DNA from: Mobula hypostoma | Taxonomy: Eukaryota | Reading direction: 5' to 3' | Assembly: GCF_963921235.1 (NCBI RefSeq) | Contig: NC_086108.1 | Location: 71,488,001 to 71,552,000 of the forward strand | DNA: 64,000 nt | In this document: positions 26,228-38,494 of the stretch, piece by piece | Layout of the letters: every line of letters starts with the position of its first letter | Position numbering within the stretch: position 1 is the stretch's first letter | Notes under the pieces: generated by a model | Database searches by the model: none | What the model saw: only the letters and a program-made list of their open reading frames with translations | What the model was told of the DNA's origin: nothing | Made by a program: the position numbers and the translations under genes

Positions 26228-28050
26228 CTCAAGGTCAACAAAGTGAAAGAGCTGGTCATTAATTTCAGAAAGGGTGCAGTGATGTACATGCTCCTGTCTA
26301 CATCAATGGTGTTGAGGTTGTGATGGTTGAGACCTTCAAGTTCCTAGGTGTGAACATCATCAATAACCTGTTCTGCTCCAACTAGGTTGATGCCATGGCC
26401 AGGAAAGCTCCCCAATGCCTCCACTCCCTCAGACTGTTAAGGAAATTTAGTGCGTCCCTGTTGAATCTGACCAATTTTTATCAATGCACCATAGGAAACA
26501 TATCACCATCACACCCCCGAAACTGGTGGGAAACCTGTCCTCGCTGGGTCTCAGCACCTCCCTCTGCAATTGGATACTGGACTTCTTAACAATAGGGCCA
26601 CAGTCAGTCCGTGTGGGCAGCAACATCTTTCGTCCCATTACGCTGAGCATTGGTGCTCCCCAGGGCTGTGTGCTCAGCCCACTGCTGTTCACACTGCTGA
26701 TGCATAACTGTGTTGCAGGATCCAGCTCAAAGCGTGTCATCAAATTTGTGGATAACACAGCAGCGGTTGGCCTTATCAAGAATGATGATGCGATGTAGCA
26801 CAGAGAGCAAGTGGAGTGGCTGGTGGATTGGTGTGAGAAGAACCTGAGCTTGAATGTGGAGAAGATGAAGGAGATCATTGTGGACTTCAGGAAGGTGCAG
26901 ACAGACCATCCCCCCCTGTGAGTACACAGCTCCTCTGTAGAGAGAGTTAAGTGCACCAAGTTCCTGGGAGTTCACATCACAATGACCTCACCTGGCACCC
27001 AACCTGAACAAGGGGATAAGGCAGGAACTGGATACTGATTGTGGATGATCAGCCATGATCACAGTGAATGGCAGTGCTGGCTCAAAGGGCCGAATGGCCT
27101 ACTCCTGCACCTATTGTCTACTGTCTATTGTCTAAGAGGGCACAGCAACGCCTCCACTTCCTAAGAAGTTTGAGGTAAACAAGGCTCCCCCCTCCCCCTC
27201 TGCTTCTTAACTGTGTTTTACAGGGGCACCGTTGAGAATATTCTAAGAAGTTACATGGCCATCTGGTATGCGAGCTGTCGAGCATCGGTCCAGAAGTTCC
27301 TGCAAAGGACTGTGAGAACAACTGAAGGGATCATAGGGGTCTCCTTCCCATCTGTCGGGCACATTTATCAGGACTACTATGTGTGTAGGGCCCTTAGTAT
27401 TATTAAGAATCCCGCCCATTCATCCAGCACCCTCTTTGACTTTCTACCATCAGGCAGGAGACTATGATGCATAGAAACAAGAACGGTCAGGATGAGAAAC
27501 AGTTTCTTCCCCCAGGCCATTGGGATTCTGAACTCCCTGCTCCATCATATTCAGTGTCACTGGTTAATCTGTTCCATTCCTTATAATATTTAATATTACT
27601 GCACTTTAGTTTGGTATTTATGTGTGATTCATCTGTAGATTTTATCCTTACCTTCATAAGTTATTGTGTGTTACGTGCGTTATGTGTACCACTGTGCTTT
27701 ACACCCTGGTTCAAAGAAACATTGCCTCATTTCTATATACATGATATGGTTATATAAGCTAATACATGCATATAGTTAAATGACATAAACTCGACTTGAA
27801 TGGACCTCTTGTGCAATAAGATGGCTTCTTGGACTCACAATCTACCTCTTTGTTATGATCTTGCACTTCATGAATTACCTGCACTGCACATTTTTGGTAC
27901 CTTTTACACTTTATTCTGCATTGCTATTGATGATCTTATTCTAGCTCAAGGCACTGTGTTGTGAACTGATCTGTATATTAGACAGTATGCAAGGCAAACT
28001 TTTCATTGTATCCTGGTACATGTGACAGTAATAAACCAATACTAGTACCA
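26228..28050 (+). mobile_element. Cluster of Rex1/Babar fragments from two nested families
   Basis: KELVINFRK at 26246. ORF 26484..26798 contains [19 protein letters not shown], and ORF 27213..27467 contains FYRGTVENIL..LPSGRRL. Tails lie near 27800 and 28050. Confidence 0.85.
27000..27133 (+). mobile_element. Short CR1 3' tail nested in Rex1
   Basis: gatcagccatgatc...ggccgaatggcctactcctgcacct followed by (ATTGTCT)n. Confidence 0.8.
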
Positions 28051-28181
28051 ACAGGGACTGACCATTTTCATACTTCTGCATTGTTATAGAAATCAACAGG
28101 TCAACAGTAAGACTGAAGTTTATGGTAACCAGCTATTAAATATAACAAGGTACTGCTGAATGTTATTCCAGGTATGTTATT

Positions 28182-29600
28182 CCGGGGAATTATAGACCGG
28201 TTAGCCTAACGTCGGTGGTGGGGAAACTGCTGGAGTCAGTTATCAAGGATGTGATAACAGCACATTTGGAAATCGGTGAAATCATCGGACGAAGTCAGCA
28301 TGGATTTGTGAAAGGAAAATCATGTCTGACGAATCTCATAGAATTTTTTGAGGATGTAACTAGTAGAGTGGATAGGGGAGAACCAGTAGATGTGGTATAT
28401 TTGGATTTTCAAAAGGCTTTTGACAAGGTCCCACACAGGAGATTAGTGTGCAAACTTAAAGCACACGGTATTGGGGGTAAGGTATTGATGTGGATAGAGA
28501 ATTGGTTAGCAGACAGGAAGCAAAGAGTGGGAATAAACGGGACCTTTTCAGAATGGCAGGCAGTGTCTAGTGGGGTACCGCAAGGCTCAGTGCTGGGACC
28601 CCAGTTGTTTACAATATATATTACTGACTTGGATTTGGGAATTAAATGCAGCATCTCCAAGTTTGTGGATGACACGAAGGTGGGTGGCAGTGTTAGCAGT
28701 GAGGAGGATGCTAAGAGGATGCAGGGTGACTTGGATAGGTTGGGTGAGTGGGCAAATTCATGGCAGATGCAATTTAATGTGGATAAATGTGAAGTTATCC
28801 ACTTTGGTGGCAAAAATAGGAAAACAGATTATTATCTGAATGGTGGCCGATTAGGAAAAGGGGAGGTGCAACGAGACCTGGGTGTCATTATACACCAGTC
28901 ATTGAAAGTGGGCATGCAGGTACAGCAGGCGGTGAAAAAGGCGAATGGTATGCTGTCATTTATAGCGAGAGGATACGAGTACAGGAGCAGGGAGGTACTA
29001 CTGCAGTTGTACAAGGCCTTGGTGAGACCACACCTGGAGTATTGTGTGCAGTTTTGGTCCCCTAATCTGAGGAAAGACATCCTTGCCATAGAGGGAGTAC
29101 AAAGAAGGTTCACCAGATTGATTCCTGGGATGGCAGGTCTTTCATATGAAGAAAGACTGGATGAACTGGGCTTGTACTCGTTGGAATTTAGAAGATTGAG
29201 GGGGGATCTGATTGAAACGTATAAAATCCTAAAGGGATTGGACAGGCTAGATGCAGGAAGATTGTTCCCGATGTTGGGGAAGTCCAGAACGAGGGGTCAC
29301 AGTTTGAGGATAAAGGGGAAGCCTTTTAGGACCAAGATTAGGAAAAACTTCTTCACACAGAGAGTGGTGAATCTGTGGAATTCTCTGCCACAGGAAACAG
29401 TTGAGGCCAGTTCATTGGCTATATTTAAGAGGGAGTTAGATATGGCCCTTGTGGCTACGGGGATCAGGGGGTATGGAAGGAAGGCTGGTGAAGGGTTCTG
29501 AGTTGGATGATCAGCCATGATCATAATAAATGGCGGTGCAGGCTCGAAGGGCCGAATGGCCTACTCCTGCACCTATTTTCTATGTTTCTATGTTTCTATG
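28182..29600 (+). mobile_element. Young CR1 LINE, 5'-truncated, with an open RT frame
   Basis: It begins at PGNYRPVSLTS and ends with a (TTTCTATG)n tail. It is near-identical to 53823-54811. Confidence 0.97.
28215..29501 (+). CDS. CR1 ORF2 reverse transcriptase plus C-terminal domain (428 aa, truncated copy)
   Basis: QHGFVKGKSC, YLDFQKAFDKV, GVPQGSVLGP, FVDDTK and HLEYCVQFWSP. Confidence 0.9.
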   Translation: MVGKLLESVIKDVITAHLEIGEIIGRSQHGFVKGKSCLTNLIEFFEDVTSRVDRGEPVDVVYLDFQKAFDKVPHRRLVCKLKAHGIGGKVLMWIENWLADRKQRVGINGTFSEWQAVSSGVPQGSVLGPQLFTIYITDLDLGIKCSISKFVDDTKVGGSVSSEEDAKRMQGDLDRLGEWANSWQMQFNVDKCEVIHFGGKNRKTDYYLNGGRLGKGEVQRDLGVIIHQSLKVGMQVQQAVKKANGMLSFIARGYEYRSREVLLQLYKALVRPHLEYCVQFWSPNLRKDILAIEGVQRRFTRLIPGMAGLSYEERLDELGLYSLEFRRLRGDLIETYKILKGLDRLDAGRLFPMLGKSRTRGHSLRIKGKPFRTKIRKNFFTQRVVNLWNSLPQETVEASSLAIFKRELDMALVATGIRGYGRKAGEGF

Positions 29601-29917
29601 TAATAAAATTCATATATAATATTCATACTGAAAAGGGGGGCTAATTATTGCCCTAACATCTGCAATGTTTTTATTTTGGATATAATTACATGATAAATGT
29701 CAGTTTCAAGTTTCAAATCAAAATTACAGCACTAAACACAAAGGATTACTTCCAGAACATTTGGTGTCTTAATTTGTATTTTGCAATTGCTGTGAGAAAA
29801 ATATTAACTCCATTTCTGTATTATTCAGAACCTTTCAGGTCTGCACGCATAGAAAAGGAGCATTCGTGCTCATACAGCAGACAAAATGCAAAATACAGCA
29901 CATGCCAACAATCCGAA

Positions 29918-30067
29918 TTAAAGGAAAATAGAAAATATTGGAAACCCTCAGAGAGTCAGACAGTACCTTTGAAGAGTAAAACAAGAGACTTTTGATCTGA
30001 AATACTAAAGCTGCCTTCTGAGTGCCTTAACAGCTGAGTGCTTCCAGCATTTCTTGTTTTTATTCCG
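29918..30067. mobile_element. Old fold-back element related to the Penelope pLTR family
   Basis: Imperfect inverted ends (aaatagaaaatattggaaaccctcag and ctgagtgcttccagcatttcttgttt) with internal gatctgaaa. Confidence 0.45.
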
Positions 30068-30540
30068 AAGCCTGGCCTCAACTGGGTTTCAGAATATTGT
30101 TTTCCAGCGTTCCCTGCATATTAAAGCTGTGTCCAAAGAGCCAGGCCTATTATCAGTCCATCAGAAGATTGACTCAGTCAGATTATTTAAACTGAAGACA
30201 TTTCAAATGAGGTCTTTTGTTTTTACAGGTGTATTTGGTGATATGAAGTTTGATTCAAATTCTTCCTAATAAATAGGTATGGCTCTCAGAAATGCTCACT
30301 CTTGTACTGTGATTTCTACAGGGAAGAGTCAAATCAGCTTTCAATGAACATGATCTATTGGAACTCGTCAAACTAGTTTGTGAGGCCCAGCAGATGGTAT
30401 GGGTCTCTGAAAATTTTAACCTTTTAGGAGTTAGGGCTAATTCTGATCACAAATTTCATTGCCATCATTGACAGAGCAATGTACTCTGTTAAGCAGACTT
30501 AGGCATGATCAGTGCTTGGGAAGGAGACCACTGTAAGTGC

Positions 30541-31373
30541 TGTGACGAAAAACCAAGTTATCAGAAGATTGATGCTAATGAGAGAGAGATAAGGGAGACA
30601 AATGGAGAAACGTTCAAAATGTTAGTGAGAGAGGAGAGAGATTAATGAAAAGAGACACAATTCAGAATATTGACAGACCGGTTGCTTTGAACCTGAACTG
30701 TTTGAAGTTTGATGGACAGGCGATACCCCAGCAGGGGGATAAAAAAACAGGTTCGCTAGGGCACGACACACACCACGAGATCACGAGATAACGAAACCCT
30801 GGAAGAGCAGTGTGCCCCCACAAGTTGGTGCGAGTTTGGAGGTCCGGTTTGCGGGAACTGACCATAGACTCACAGGGTGAAAAGGTACGATCGGTGGGAG
30901 CCTGGTGTGTGTGTCTGCCCTTGCCTGGGTGCTGGGTTTACTGTGGAAGAACAGTTGTATCTGGAACGGAGGGGTCACAGTCGGTGACCACAGTGGGATA
31001 GAAGACATAAAAGGGTCCACCCAAAACCAACCTCAAAGAACATCAAAGGTCTGCTTGAATCAAATTTGCATCTCTCTCTCTCCAACGGCACAACAGCGAT
31101 TATTGCGAACAGTACTAAGCTGAACTGAACTCTGCGCCACTTGAGACTGATCATTTTACCCCTAGACTGCGATGGAGCTTGGTTGATTCCTATTACCATA
31201 GTTCTGTGTACATGTGCGTTTTATCATTGCTAACCTGTTGCATTTATATCCTTATGATTAGAGTACTGTGTTACTTATTTCTTTAATAAAACCTTATTAG
31301 TTTCTAGTAAACCAGACTCCAACTAGTGGTCCATTACTGCTGGTTTGGCAACCCAGTTACGGGGTACGTAACA
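30541..31373 (+). mobile_element. Solo LTR (833 bp), Gypsy/ERV-like
   Basis: Termini TGTGACG...CGTAACA. 4-bp TSD GTGC at 30537-30540 and 31374-31377. TATA-like cataaaa near 31005 and AATAAA near 31285. Confidence 0.9.
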
Positions 31374-32129
31374 GTGCTATCTGCAATAAACTTAGACTGA
31401 ATTGATATCCAAACTGGAAGCTCAGTCACTTTGTCAATTACAGAAAACTGACATTAGCCATCAGTGGATGATTTGACGGTGATTTATGATAGAAAAAGAC
31501 CACATCCTTGATTTCCTTATTGATTTTTTTCAACAATAACCTAGCCAGTGTTCTTTTCTGAGCTTGGAAGAACATCATAAAAGTTCACCTCAAAATAATA
31601 ATTGCTGGAATCAGTCTGCAAGATCATTTGTTACTTGTTCGTGTTGCATGTTCTAATATATTTATTTCTGCTTTCCTTTCCTCCCCTGACTGCAGCAGAC
31701 TAGATACCAGCAGCAGCCAAGAGGCAGGTGCATGGCTCACTGTAAGTCTTTCACAAACTTTGTTCTGAGCTTAGCACGTATAAGCTTCTTTTGAACAAAT
31801 TCATCCAGTTTTCCTCTGACTCTAAGGACCTTGAACCTGCCCCTGTGAAATGGCTCTCACAATGGTGGACCTGCACTAGAGCTATTGTGATGAGCACAAA
31901 TACTTTATTCCAATGTGTGATGAGGAGTATGAGAACGAAACGCATTGAATACGATCAGATGATATTTTCTTCTCCTCCTGATCACTCCAATGAATTCAGC
32001 ACAATTTAAATTGTTGCCCAGCAGCCTAATGCACTCTACAGGGGGAATGAATAACAGTAATGACAATGCTGGGGCAGAAACTATGGAGATCAGAGAAATT
32101 TAAATAAACCTAGGCATTGAAATACATAT

Positions 32130-32485
32130 ATTTCATATGGGCCTTGACAATGCAGTGCAAGGTTTATATTTCCATTGAGTAGGGTTTCTAGAACGATTGG
32201 CTACTGTTGTAGAATGGTCTGATCATTTAGCTCGAGATGAAAAGACATTTCTTCACCTAGAAAAGAGCAAGTTTGCAGAACTCTCTACCCACAGGCTGTG
32301 GAGGCTTAGTAACTGAGTATCTCCAAAGCAGATTGATAGTTTTTTTATATTAATCTAATCGTGGGTTAAGGAGTTAGTGCAGGGAAGAGGTGCTGAGATG
32401 AAAAATCATCCGCAATCTTATTGAACGGCAGTGCAGGTGTGAGGGACTGAATTGTCAGCCTGCAGCTGCTCTCTTTTGTTCTTCT
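32130..32485 (+). mobile_element. Old CR1 3' end
   Basis: Decayed tttcttcac..ctctctacccacaggctgtggaggc..ttgaacggcagtgcagg. Confidence 0.6.
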
Positions 32486-33796
32486 GTTGTTACTGTAATT
32501 AAATGGACAGGTAGAAGCACCAGTCAGGGGAATATACAAATGCCACCTAAATTAACTGTCAAGCAGCGCATTCATGAAGAGGTTTTAGCCATTGTGAATA
32601 ATAATTTAAGAACAATAGTTTAAGAATAATATTCAGTCGGGGTTTTAATGAGGTTTGTCTAATATTCTGACAGTTTAATCTATGCACCCATAACTAATAT
32701 GCACATTAATCCTGGCAACTTATTGATAGTACTTTTATGCAACGTTGCTGTGCTGTCCACAATTCAGTCACATACTTTTGAATTTCATCTTGCGAATCAG
32801 GTAGTGACTTACTTATTACAATAGTGAGTATTGGGAGAGACTGGCAGCTGAAGAAGACAACAACCTACGTGCTAGAGACTGGGCTGAGTTTCTTGCCAAA
32901 GGAGATTTGTCGTAGCAGAGGAAAGAAAGGAACTGAATTCATACCAGGGTGTTCATATCAGTAGCACCGCCAATTTTACTCATTTATATCATTGCATCAG
33001 CCACTTACAAATTAGCTTGCAATGGTTTACTTTCAGTTACAATGGTAAGACTTATGTAGCAGTGGGCTTGATAAACAGCTGAAAATCTCTGTATAAGCTA
33101 TGCTTGCAGGTATCACATATTCAGAAAGGATGTCAGTTTTTGGTGAAATAGCAAGGTAGATAGGAAGAAGTTATTCACCAAAGCTGCCCGAGGTCAACAA
33201 CCTCACTGGACTGCCAAGGGGCATTAGACTGGATGTGACACTAAGCTACAGCCATGTGCCGTACGTTGGAGTGGTAAAATAGCAAGGTGGCTCCCTGCTC
33301 TACATTCTTCATCTGTCTACTCCTAGGAACTAGAAGCAGGCAGAAACATATGCAAAATGTCTAGGCTCTTGTGCTCACAAGTAGTGTTTCCTTTTTTAAA
33401 TTCAATTTCCAGGATGAAGGCTTCATCCAGGATGAATGCAAGACCAGCATTTCTTGCCCATCTCTTCCTGCTCTGATGAGATGCATTCTGGAACCACTGC
33501 TTTAACACAGAGCCTGTCCACAACTGAATGGTTTTCTGTGCTGTTTCAGGGTAGTGAAGAGTAACCCAGAATGATATGGGCTAGCAGCAAATTTCATAGC
33601 ATCATGGTGCGACGTGGGACAAAGCAGACTTTTTGTCCCTATGTCCCACTGAGCCTATGCTGACATCACCCAGCTGTCCTTACACTTACAGCACCCAAAC
33701 ACATTACTGAGAATAGGTGTATGTTTTAAAACGCGGATGGCCTAATTAACTGAATTCAAATTTCATAGCTGTTGTGGGCCGACTTCAACTCATAAG

Positions 33797-33900
33797 AAGT
33801 CTGTAGATGCTGGAAATCCAAAGTAACACACAAAAAATGCTGGAGGAACTCAGCAAGTCAGGAGTTGAAGAGGGGTCGTGGCCCGAAACATTGACTGTTC
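33797..33900. mobile_element. Penelope-derived short element
   Basis: gatgctggaaatccaaagtaacacacaaaaaatgctggaggaactcagc joined to gaagaggggtcgtggcccgaaacattgactg. Confidence 0.75.
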
Positions 33901-34187
33901 AATAGTTCAATAGTTCCACTTAATACCAGAGAAACTAGACAATTTCCAACCTGAAATCCTTGCTCTTCACAGATCCAGGAAAACAGAAGGGTACCCCAAA
34001 GAATGAATGAAAGTAACAACGTTAAACCCCAAAGTCCCTTCTCCCTCCTCCCACGCACAAGCAGCAGCAAAGTACAAAACCCTCCCCCTCCCCCACTTAC
34101 CTCAGCAAAAAAGCATCAGCACCCACAACCCACCAGCAAGCAATAACAAAGCCCCCAAGAAAGACCATGATCTGCAGTACAACAAAG

Positions 34188-34320
34188 ACTGCAGATGCGA
34201 GAAATCTTAAGCAACAGACACAAAAAGCTGGAGGAACTCAGCAGGTCAGGATCTGATGAAGGGTCTTGGCCCAAAACGTTGACTCTATTTCCCTCCATAG
34301 ATGCTGCCTGAGCTGCAGAG
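34188..34320. mobile_element. Penelope-derived short fold-back element
   Basis: gctggaggaactcagcaggtcagg, then ctgatgaagggtcttggcccaaaacgttgact, then gatgctgcctga. Confidence 0.78.
34253..34284 (+). ncRNA. Hammerhead ribozyme-like motif with an intact CUGAUGA core
   Basis: CTGATGA-A-GGG tcttgg CCC-AAAAC-GTT-GACT. G12 is changed to A and the 5' strand of stem I is altered. Confidence 0.6.
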
Positions 34321-34419
34321 CCTGTACTTCCTCAGGAGTTTGCGAAGATTCAGCATGACATCTATAACTTTGACCGACTTCTATAGATTTATCATAGAGA
34401 CTGCATTGACTGGCTGTAT

Positions 34420-36251
34420 GAGAGAGGTCTGGAGTGGGATGAGGACCATCACTGGGTTCTGACAGACTAGCAACAGAGGAGCTGAAGGCAGTGTGGACAG
34501 GCCAACAAAATTAACCTGTTCTTTAACAGATTTGACATTGTGGCCCCTGCCCATCCCCCACATGAATCATCTGTTGTCGGCCCCCAACCAACACATATTC
34601 CACTCTCCCCTCCTACCCCTTCTCACAGTCCCCCACCCTGCTCTCATGACTATACCCCTTGCCCACACGAAACCACCACAGTGGGCTTCACAGCTCTACA
34701 GGTGAGAAGGCAGCTGAAATGTCTCAATCCAAGCAAGGCTGCAGGACCGGATGGTGTCAGTACCAGGGTGCTCAAAGCCTGTGCACCTCAGCTATTTGGA
34801 GTACTTCGCCATGTATTCAACCTGAGCCTGAGGCTCCGGAGGGTTCCTGTTCGGTGGAAGACGTCCTGCCTCGTCTCTGTGCCGAAGACGCCGCGCCCCA
34901 GCGGCCTCAATGACTACAGACCGGTGGCATTGACCTCCCACATCATGAAGACCCTGGAGAGACTTGTTCTGGAGCTGCTCCGGCCTATGGTCAGGTCACA
35001 CTTAGATCCCCTCCAGTTCGCCTACCAGCCCCGACTAGGAGTTGAGGATGCCATTGTCTACCTGCTGAACCGTGTCTACGCCCACCTGGACAAGCCAGCG
35101 AGCACTGTGAGGGTCTTGTTTTTTGACTTCTCCAGTGCGTTCAACACCATCCACCCTGCTCTGCTGGGGGAGAAGCTGACAGCGATGCAGGTGGATGCTT
35201 TCCTGGTGTCATGGATTCTTGATTACCTGACTGGCAGACCACAGTACATGTGCTTGCAACACTGTGTGTCAGACAGAGTGATCAGCAGCACTGGGGCTCC
35301 ACAGGGGACTGTCTTGTCTCCCTTTCTCTTCACCATTTACACCTCGGATTTCAACTACTGCACAGAGTCTTGTCACCTTCAGAAGTTTTCTGATAAATCT
35401 GCCATAGTTGGATGCATCAGCAAGGGAGATGAGGCTGAGTGCAGGGCTACAGTAGGAAACTTTGTTACATGGTGTGAGCAGAATTATCTGCAGCTTAATG
35501 TGAAAAAGACTAAGGAGCTGGTGGTAGACCTGAGGAGGGCTAAGGCACCGGTGACTCCTGTTTCCATCCAGGGGGTCAATGTGGACATGGTGGAGGGTTA
35601 CAAATACCTGGGGATACGAATTGACAATAATCTGGACTGGTCAAAGAACACTGAGGCTGTCTACAAGAAGGGTCAGAGCCCTCTCTATTTCCTGAGGAGA
35701 CTGAGGTCCTTTAACATCTGCCGGACGATGCTGAGTATGATCTACGAGTCTGTGGTGGCCAGTGCGATCATGTTTGCTGTTGTGTGCTGGGGCAGCAGGC
35801 TGAGGGTAGCAGACACCAAAAGAATCAACAAACTCTTTCGTAAGGCCAGTGATGTTGTGGGGATGGAACTGGACTCTCTGACGGTGGCGTCTGGAAAGAG
35901 GATGCTGTCCAAGTTGCATGCCATCTTGGACAATGTCTCCCATCCACTACATAATGGACTGGTTGGGCACAGGAGTACATTTAGCCAGAGACTCATTCCA
36001 CCGAGATGCAACACAGAGCGTCATAGGAAGTCATTCCTGCCTGTGGCCATCAAACTTTACAACTCCTCCTTTGGAGGGTCAGACACCCTGAGCCAATAGG
36101 CTGGTACTGGACTTATTTCCTGGCATAATTTACATATTACTATTTAATTATTTATGGTTTTATTACTATGTAATTATTTATGATGCAACTGTAACAAAAA
36201 CCAATTTCCCCCGGGATCAATAAAGTATGACTATGATTATGACTATGACGA
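34420..36251 (+). mobile_element. Young Rex1/Babar LINE, 5'-truncated, inserted into an older Rex1 (34320-34419 plus 36252-36786)
   Basis: Long ORF with a (GACTAT)n tail. Possible TSD TGTAT at 34415-34419 and 36252-36256, and the host sequence resumes on both sides. Confidence 0.95.
34540..36099 (+). CDS. Rex1/Babar reverse transcriptase (519 aa; catalytic FSDD altered to FSDK)
   Basis: KAAGPDG, NDYRPVALTS, DPLQFAY, FFDFSSAFNTI, GAPQGTVLSP and KFSDK. Confidence 0.9.
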   Translation: MAPAHPPHESSVVGPQPTHIPLSPPTPSHSPPPCSHDYTPCPHETTTVGFTALQVRRQLKCLNPSKAAGPDGVSTRVLKACAPQLFGVLRHVFNLSLRLRRVPVRWKTSCLVSVPKTPRPSGLNDYRPVALTSHIMKTLERLVLELLRPMVRSHLDPLQFAYQPRLGVEDAIVYLLNRVYAHLDKPASTVRVLFFDFSSAFNTIHPALLGEKLTAMQVDAFLVSWILDYLTGRPQYMCLQHCVSDRVISSTGAPQGTVLSPFLFTIYTSDFNYCTESCHLQKFSDKSAIVGCISKGDEAECRATVGNFVTWCEQNYLQLNVKKTKELVVDLRRAKAPVTPVSIQGVNVDMVEGYKYLGIRIDNNLDWSKNTEAVYKKGQSPLYFLRRLRSFNICRTMLSMIYESVVASAIMFAVVCWGSRLRVADTKRINKLFRKASDVVGMELDSLTVASGKRMLSKLHAILDNVSHPLHNGLVGHRSTFSQRLIPPRCNTERHRKSFLPVAIKLYNSSFGGSDTLSQ

Positions 36252-37021
36252 TGTATCACAACTGATATGGAAACAACAATACTCTCGAAAATAAACTCCT
36301 GCAAAAAGTAATGGGTATGGCCCACTCCATCAAGGGTAAAACCCTCACCACCATTGTCTACATGCAGTGCAGTCGCAGGAAAGCAGCATCCATCATCAGG
36401 GACTCACCAACCAGGTCATGCTCTCTTCTTACTGCTGCCATCAGGAAGAAAGTACAGGAGTCTCAGGATTCACACCACCAGTTTCAGGAACAACCAGCAA
36501 TCTCTTGAACTGAAGGGGTTCACCACTCATCTTCACTTGCCCCATCGCTGAAATCTTCCTATCATCTATCGACTCACTTTCAAGAACTCTTCATCTCATG
36601 TTCTAGAAACTGGTTGCTTATTTCTTTCTTTTTTGTATTTGAGAGATCGTTGTCTTCTGCACTCTGGTAGTCCGCCCTGCTGGTGTGGCCTTTTATTGAT
36701 TCTATTATGGTTGTTGGATTTATTGAGTGTGCCCGCAGGAAAATGATAATACATTTACTTTCAGCTGTAAACTTTTGAACTTTGATAGGGTCAGAATCAT
36801 CGGTTTGCTGATGACTGCAGAATGTGCAGTTCCATTTGTATGTCCTCAGCAAATGAAATGAAGCAGCTCATGCTTGCATGCAACAAGATGTGGACAACAT
36901 TCAGGCATGGTCGGATTTGAGGAAGGTTACATTTGTCCTGCAAAAGTCGCAGGCAATGACCATCTCCTACCAGACAGAGTCTACGCACCTGTCCTTGATA
37001 TTCACTGGCAGTTGCATCATT

Positions 37022-37720
37022 GATTCAGATTCAGATTCATTTTATATGTACATTGAAGCACACAGTGAAATTCAACACAACCAACACAGCCTAAGGATGT
37101 GCTGGGACCAGCCCGCAAGTGTCGCCATACATTCTGACACCAACACATTCGCAGAGCAATGCAAGCAACAACAACAGAACCACTGCAGCAAAGTAACAGC
37201 GGCAAGACAAGCTCCTTTCCTCCCACCGCCCAACAACCAACATACACACATGCACAGACAATCTTCCAGTCCCAGGACAGGCTGTCCCTGGGCCTCCAGC
37301 CTCCTGTGGACTTCTGGACTCGCAGACCCAGGTCTTCGACCATCAGGCCAGACTTTTGGACCTCTGATCGACCTTCAGGCTTTGATCTTCAGTTTTGACC
37401 CCCGGATTTGCCAATAAAGATGAAAGAGGATCCCAAACTGCAGGCCTCGAATTCCGGTTTCATTGACCTGCGTACCTAGGAATTCAACAGTCCTCATGCC
37501 TCCTGCCTGCAAGGATCTCTGATCCCAGAATGGGCCAATGTCTCGCTGACCTGGAGGGTTAACACCCTTGTCCTCATCGGCACGCAGGTTTGGCATCTGA
37601 CCACGATGTCCTTTGTCACACATCCACTTTGCTGATCTTCAAATATGGAGTGTGGAGCAGAGGCTTAGTCACATGACTGACTTCAGCTTCCACCACGGCC
37701 CTGTCTGTAAACCCTAACCT
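37022..37720 (-). mobile_element. Non-coding retroposon sharing its 3' end with the V-SINE/Rex family
   Basis: Reversed (TCTGAA)n tail. 37050-37145 matches the SINE 3' segment at 3425-3515. Confidence 0.5.
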
Positions 37721-37729
37721 CTGCCCTGA

Positions 37730-38090
37730 AGTTCAAAGCAGGTTTATTATCAAAGTACATATGTGTTACCGTACACAATCCTGAGATTCATTTTCTTGTG
37801 GGCATTTGCAGTAAATACAAAAAAAGCCAAGTATAATAATAATAATAACAACAACAATAATAATAATAAAAAGATAAAAAGCAATAAACATCAAGAATAT
37901 GGGATGAAAATTCTTTGAAAGTGAGTCGGTAGGTTGTGGGAACAGTTCAGTGTTGGGGTGAGTGAAGCTGAGTGAAGTTATCCTCTCTGGTTCAAAAGCC
38001 TGATGGCTGGAAGGTAATAACTGTTCCTGAACCAGGTGATGTGGATCCTGATGCTCCTGTACCTTCTTCCTGATGACAGCAGTGAGAAGC
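37730..38090 (-). mobile_element. Rex1/Babar 3' UTR fragment
   Basis: Reversed gttcaaag tail and an LLPSGRRYRS-type end (tcaggaagaaggtacaggagc). Confidence 0.8.
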
Positions 38091-38494
38091 CTAGTAGGCT
38101 TTCTGTTCAACGAAACTCCACTCTCTATCCTCAAGACTATCTCTATGAACCTAAAAACAAATGCAGTCTGAGCCAGGACCTCGACAGAAACTGCAGCTCT
38201 GCACCATCTTGACCGGAAGTCCACGTCATTAATATCCCGAGGGAATCACTGATCAGAAGTACAAAATGGACAGAAATACATGAACAGGTCATGGACTAGG
38301 TGTACGGGAGTGACAATGGTGACAATGATTACACCCACTCAAATAGCTTCCTACAATATTTCTCTTTCTTTCAATGTCCTCGGTAGATTTAGCTTATGCC
38401 TCTGCTCGCAGATTCACTATGTAAGCATTTCCGTGTGTCAGTGCAACCAGAAAACACATTTTTAACAGTAGCCTGCTTTGTATCTCAGCATGTC

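Noticed and set aside
30229..30276. Exon with a good acceptor and donor
   Set aside because: All three frames contain stop codons and there is no other support.
28215..36099. RT ORFs as a retron, DGR or group II intron system
   Set aside because: Motifs, 3' microsatellite tails and 5' truncation identify them as ordinary CR1 and Rex1 LINEs.
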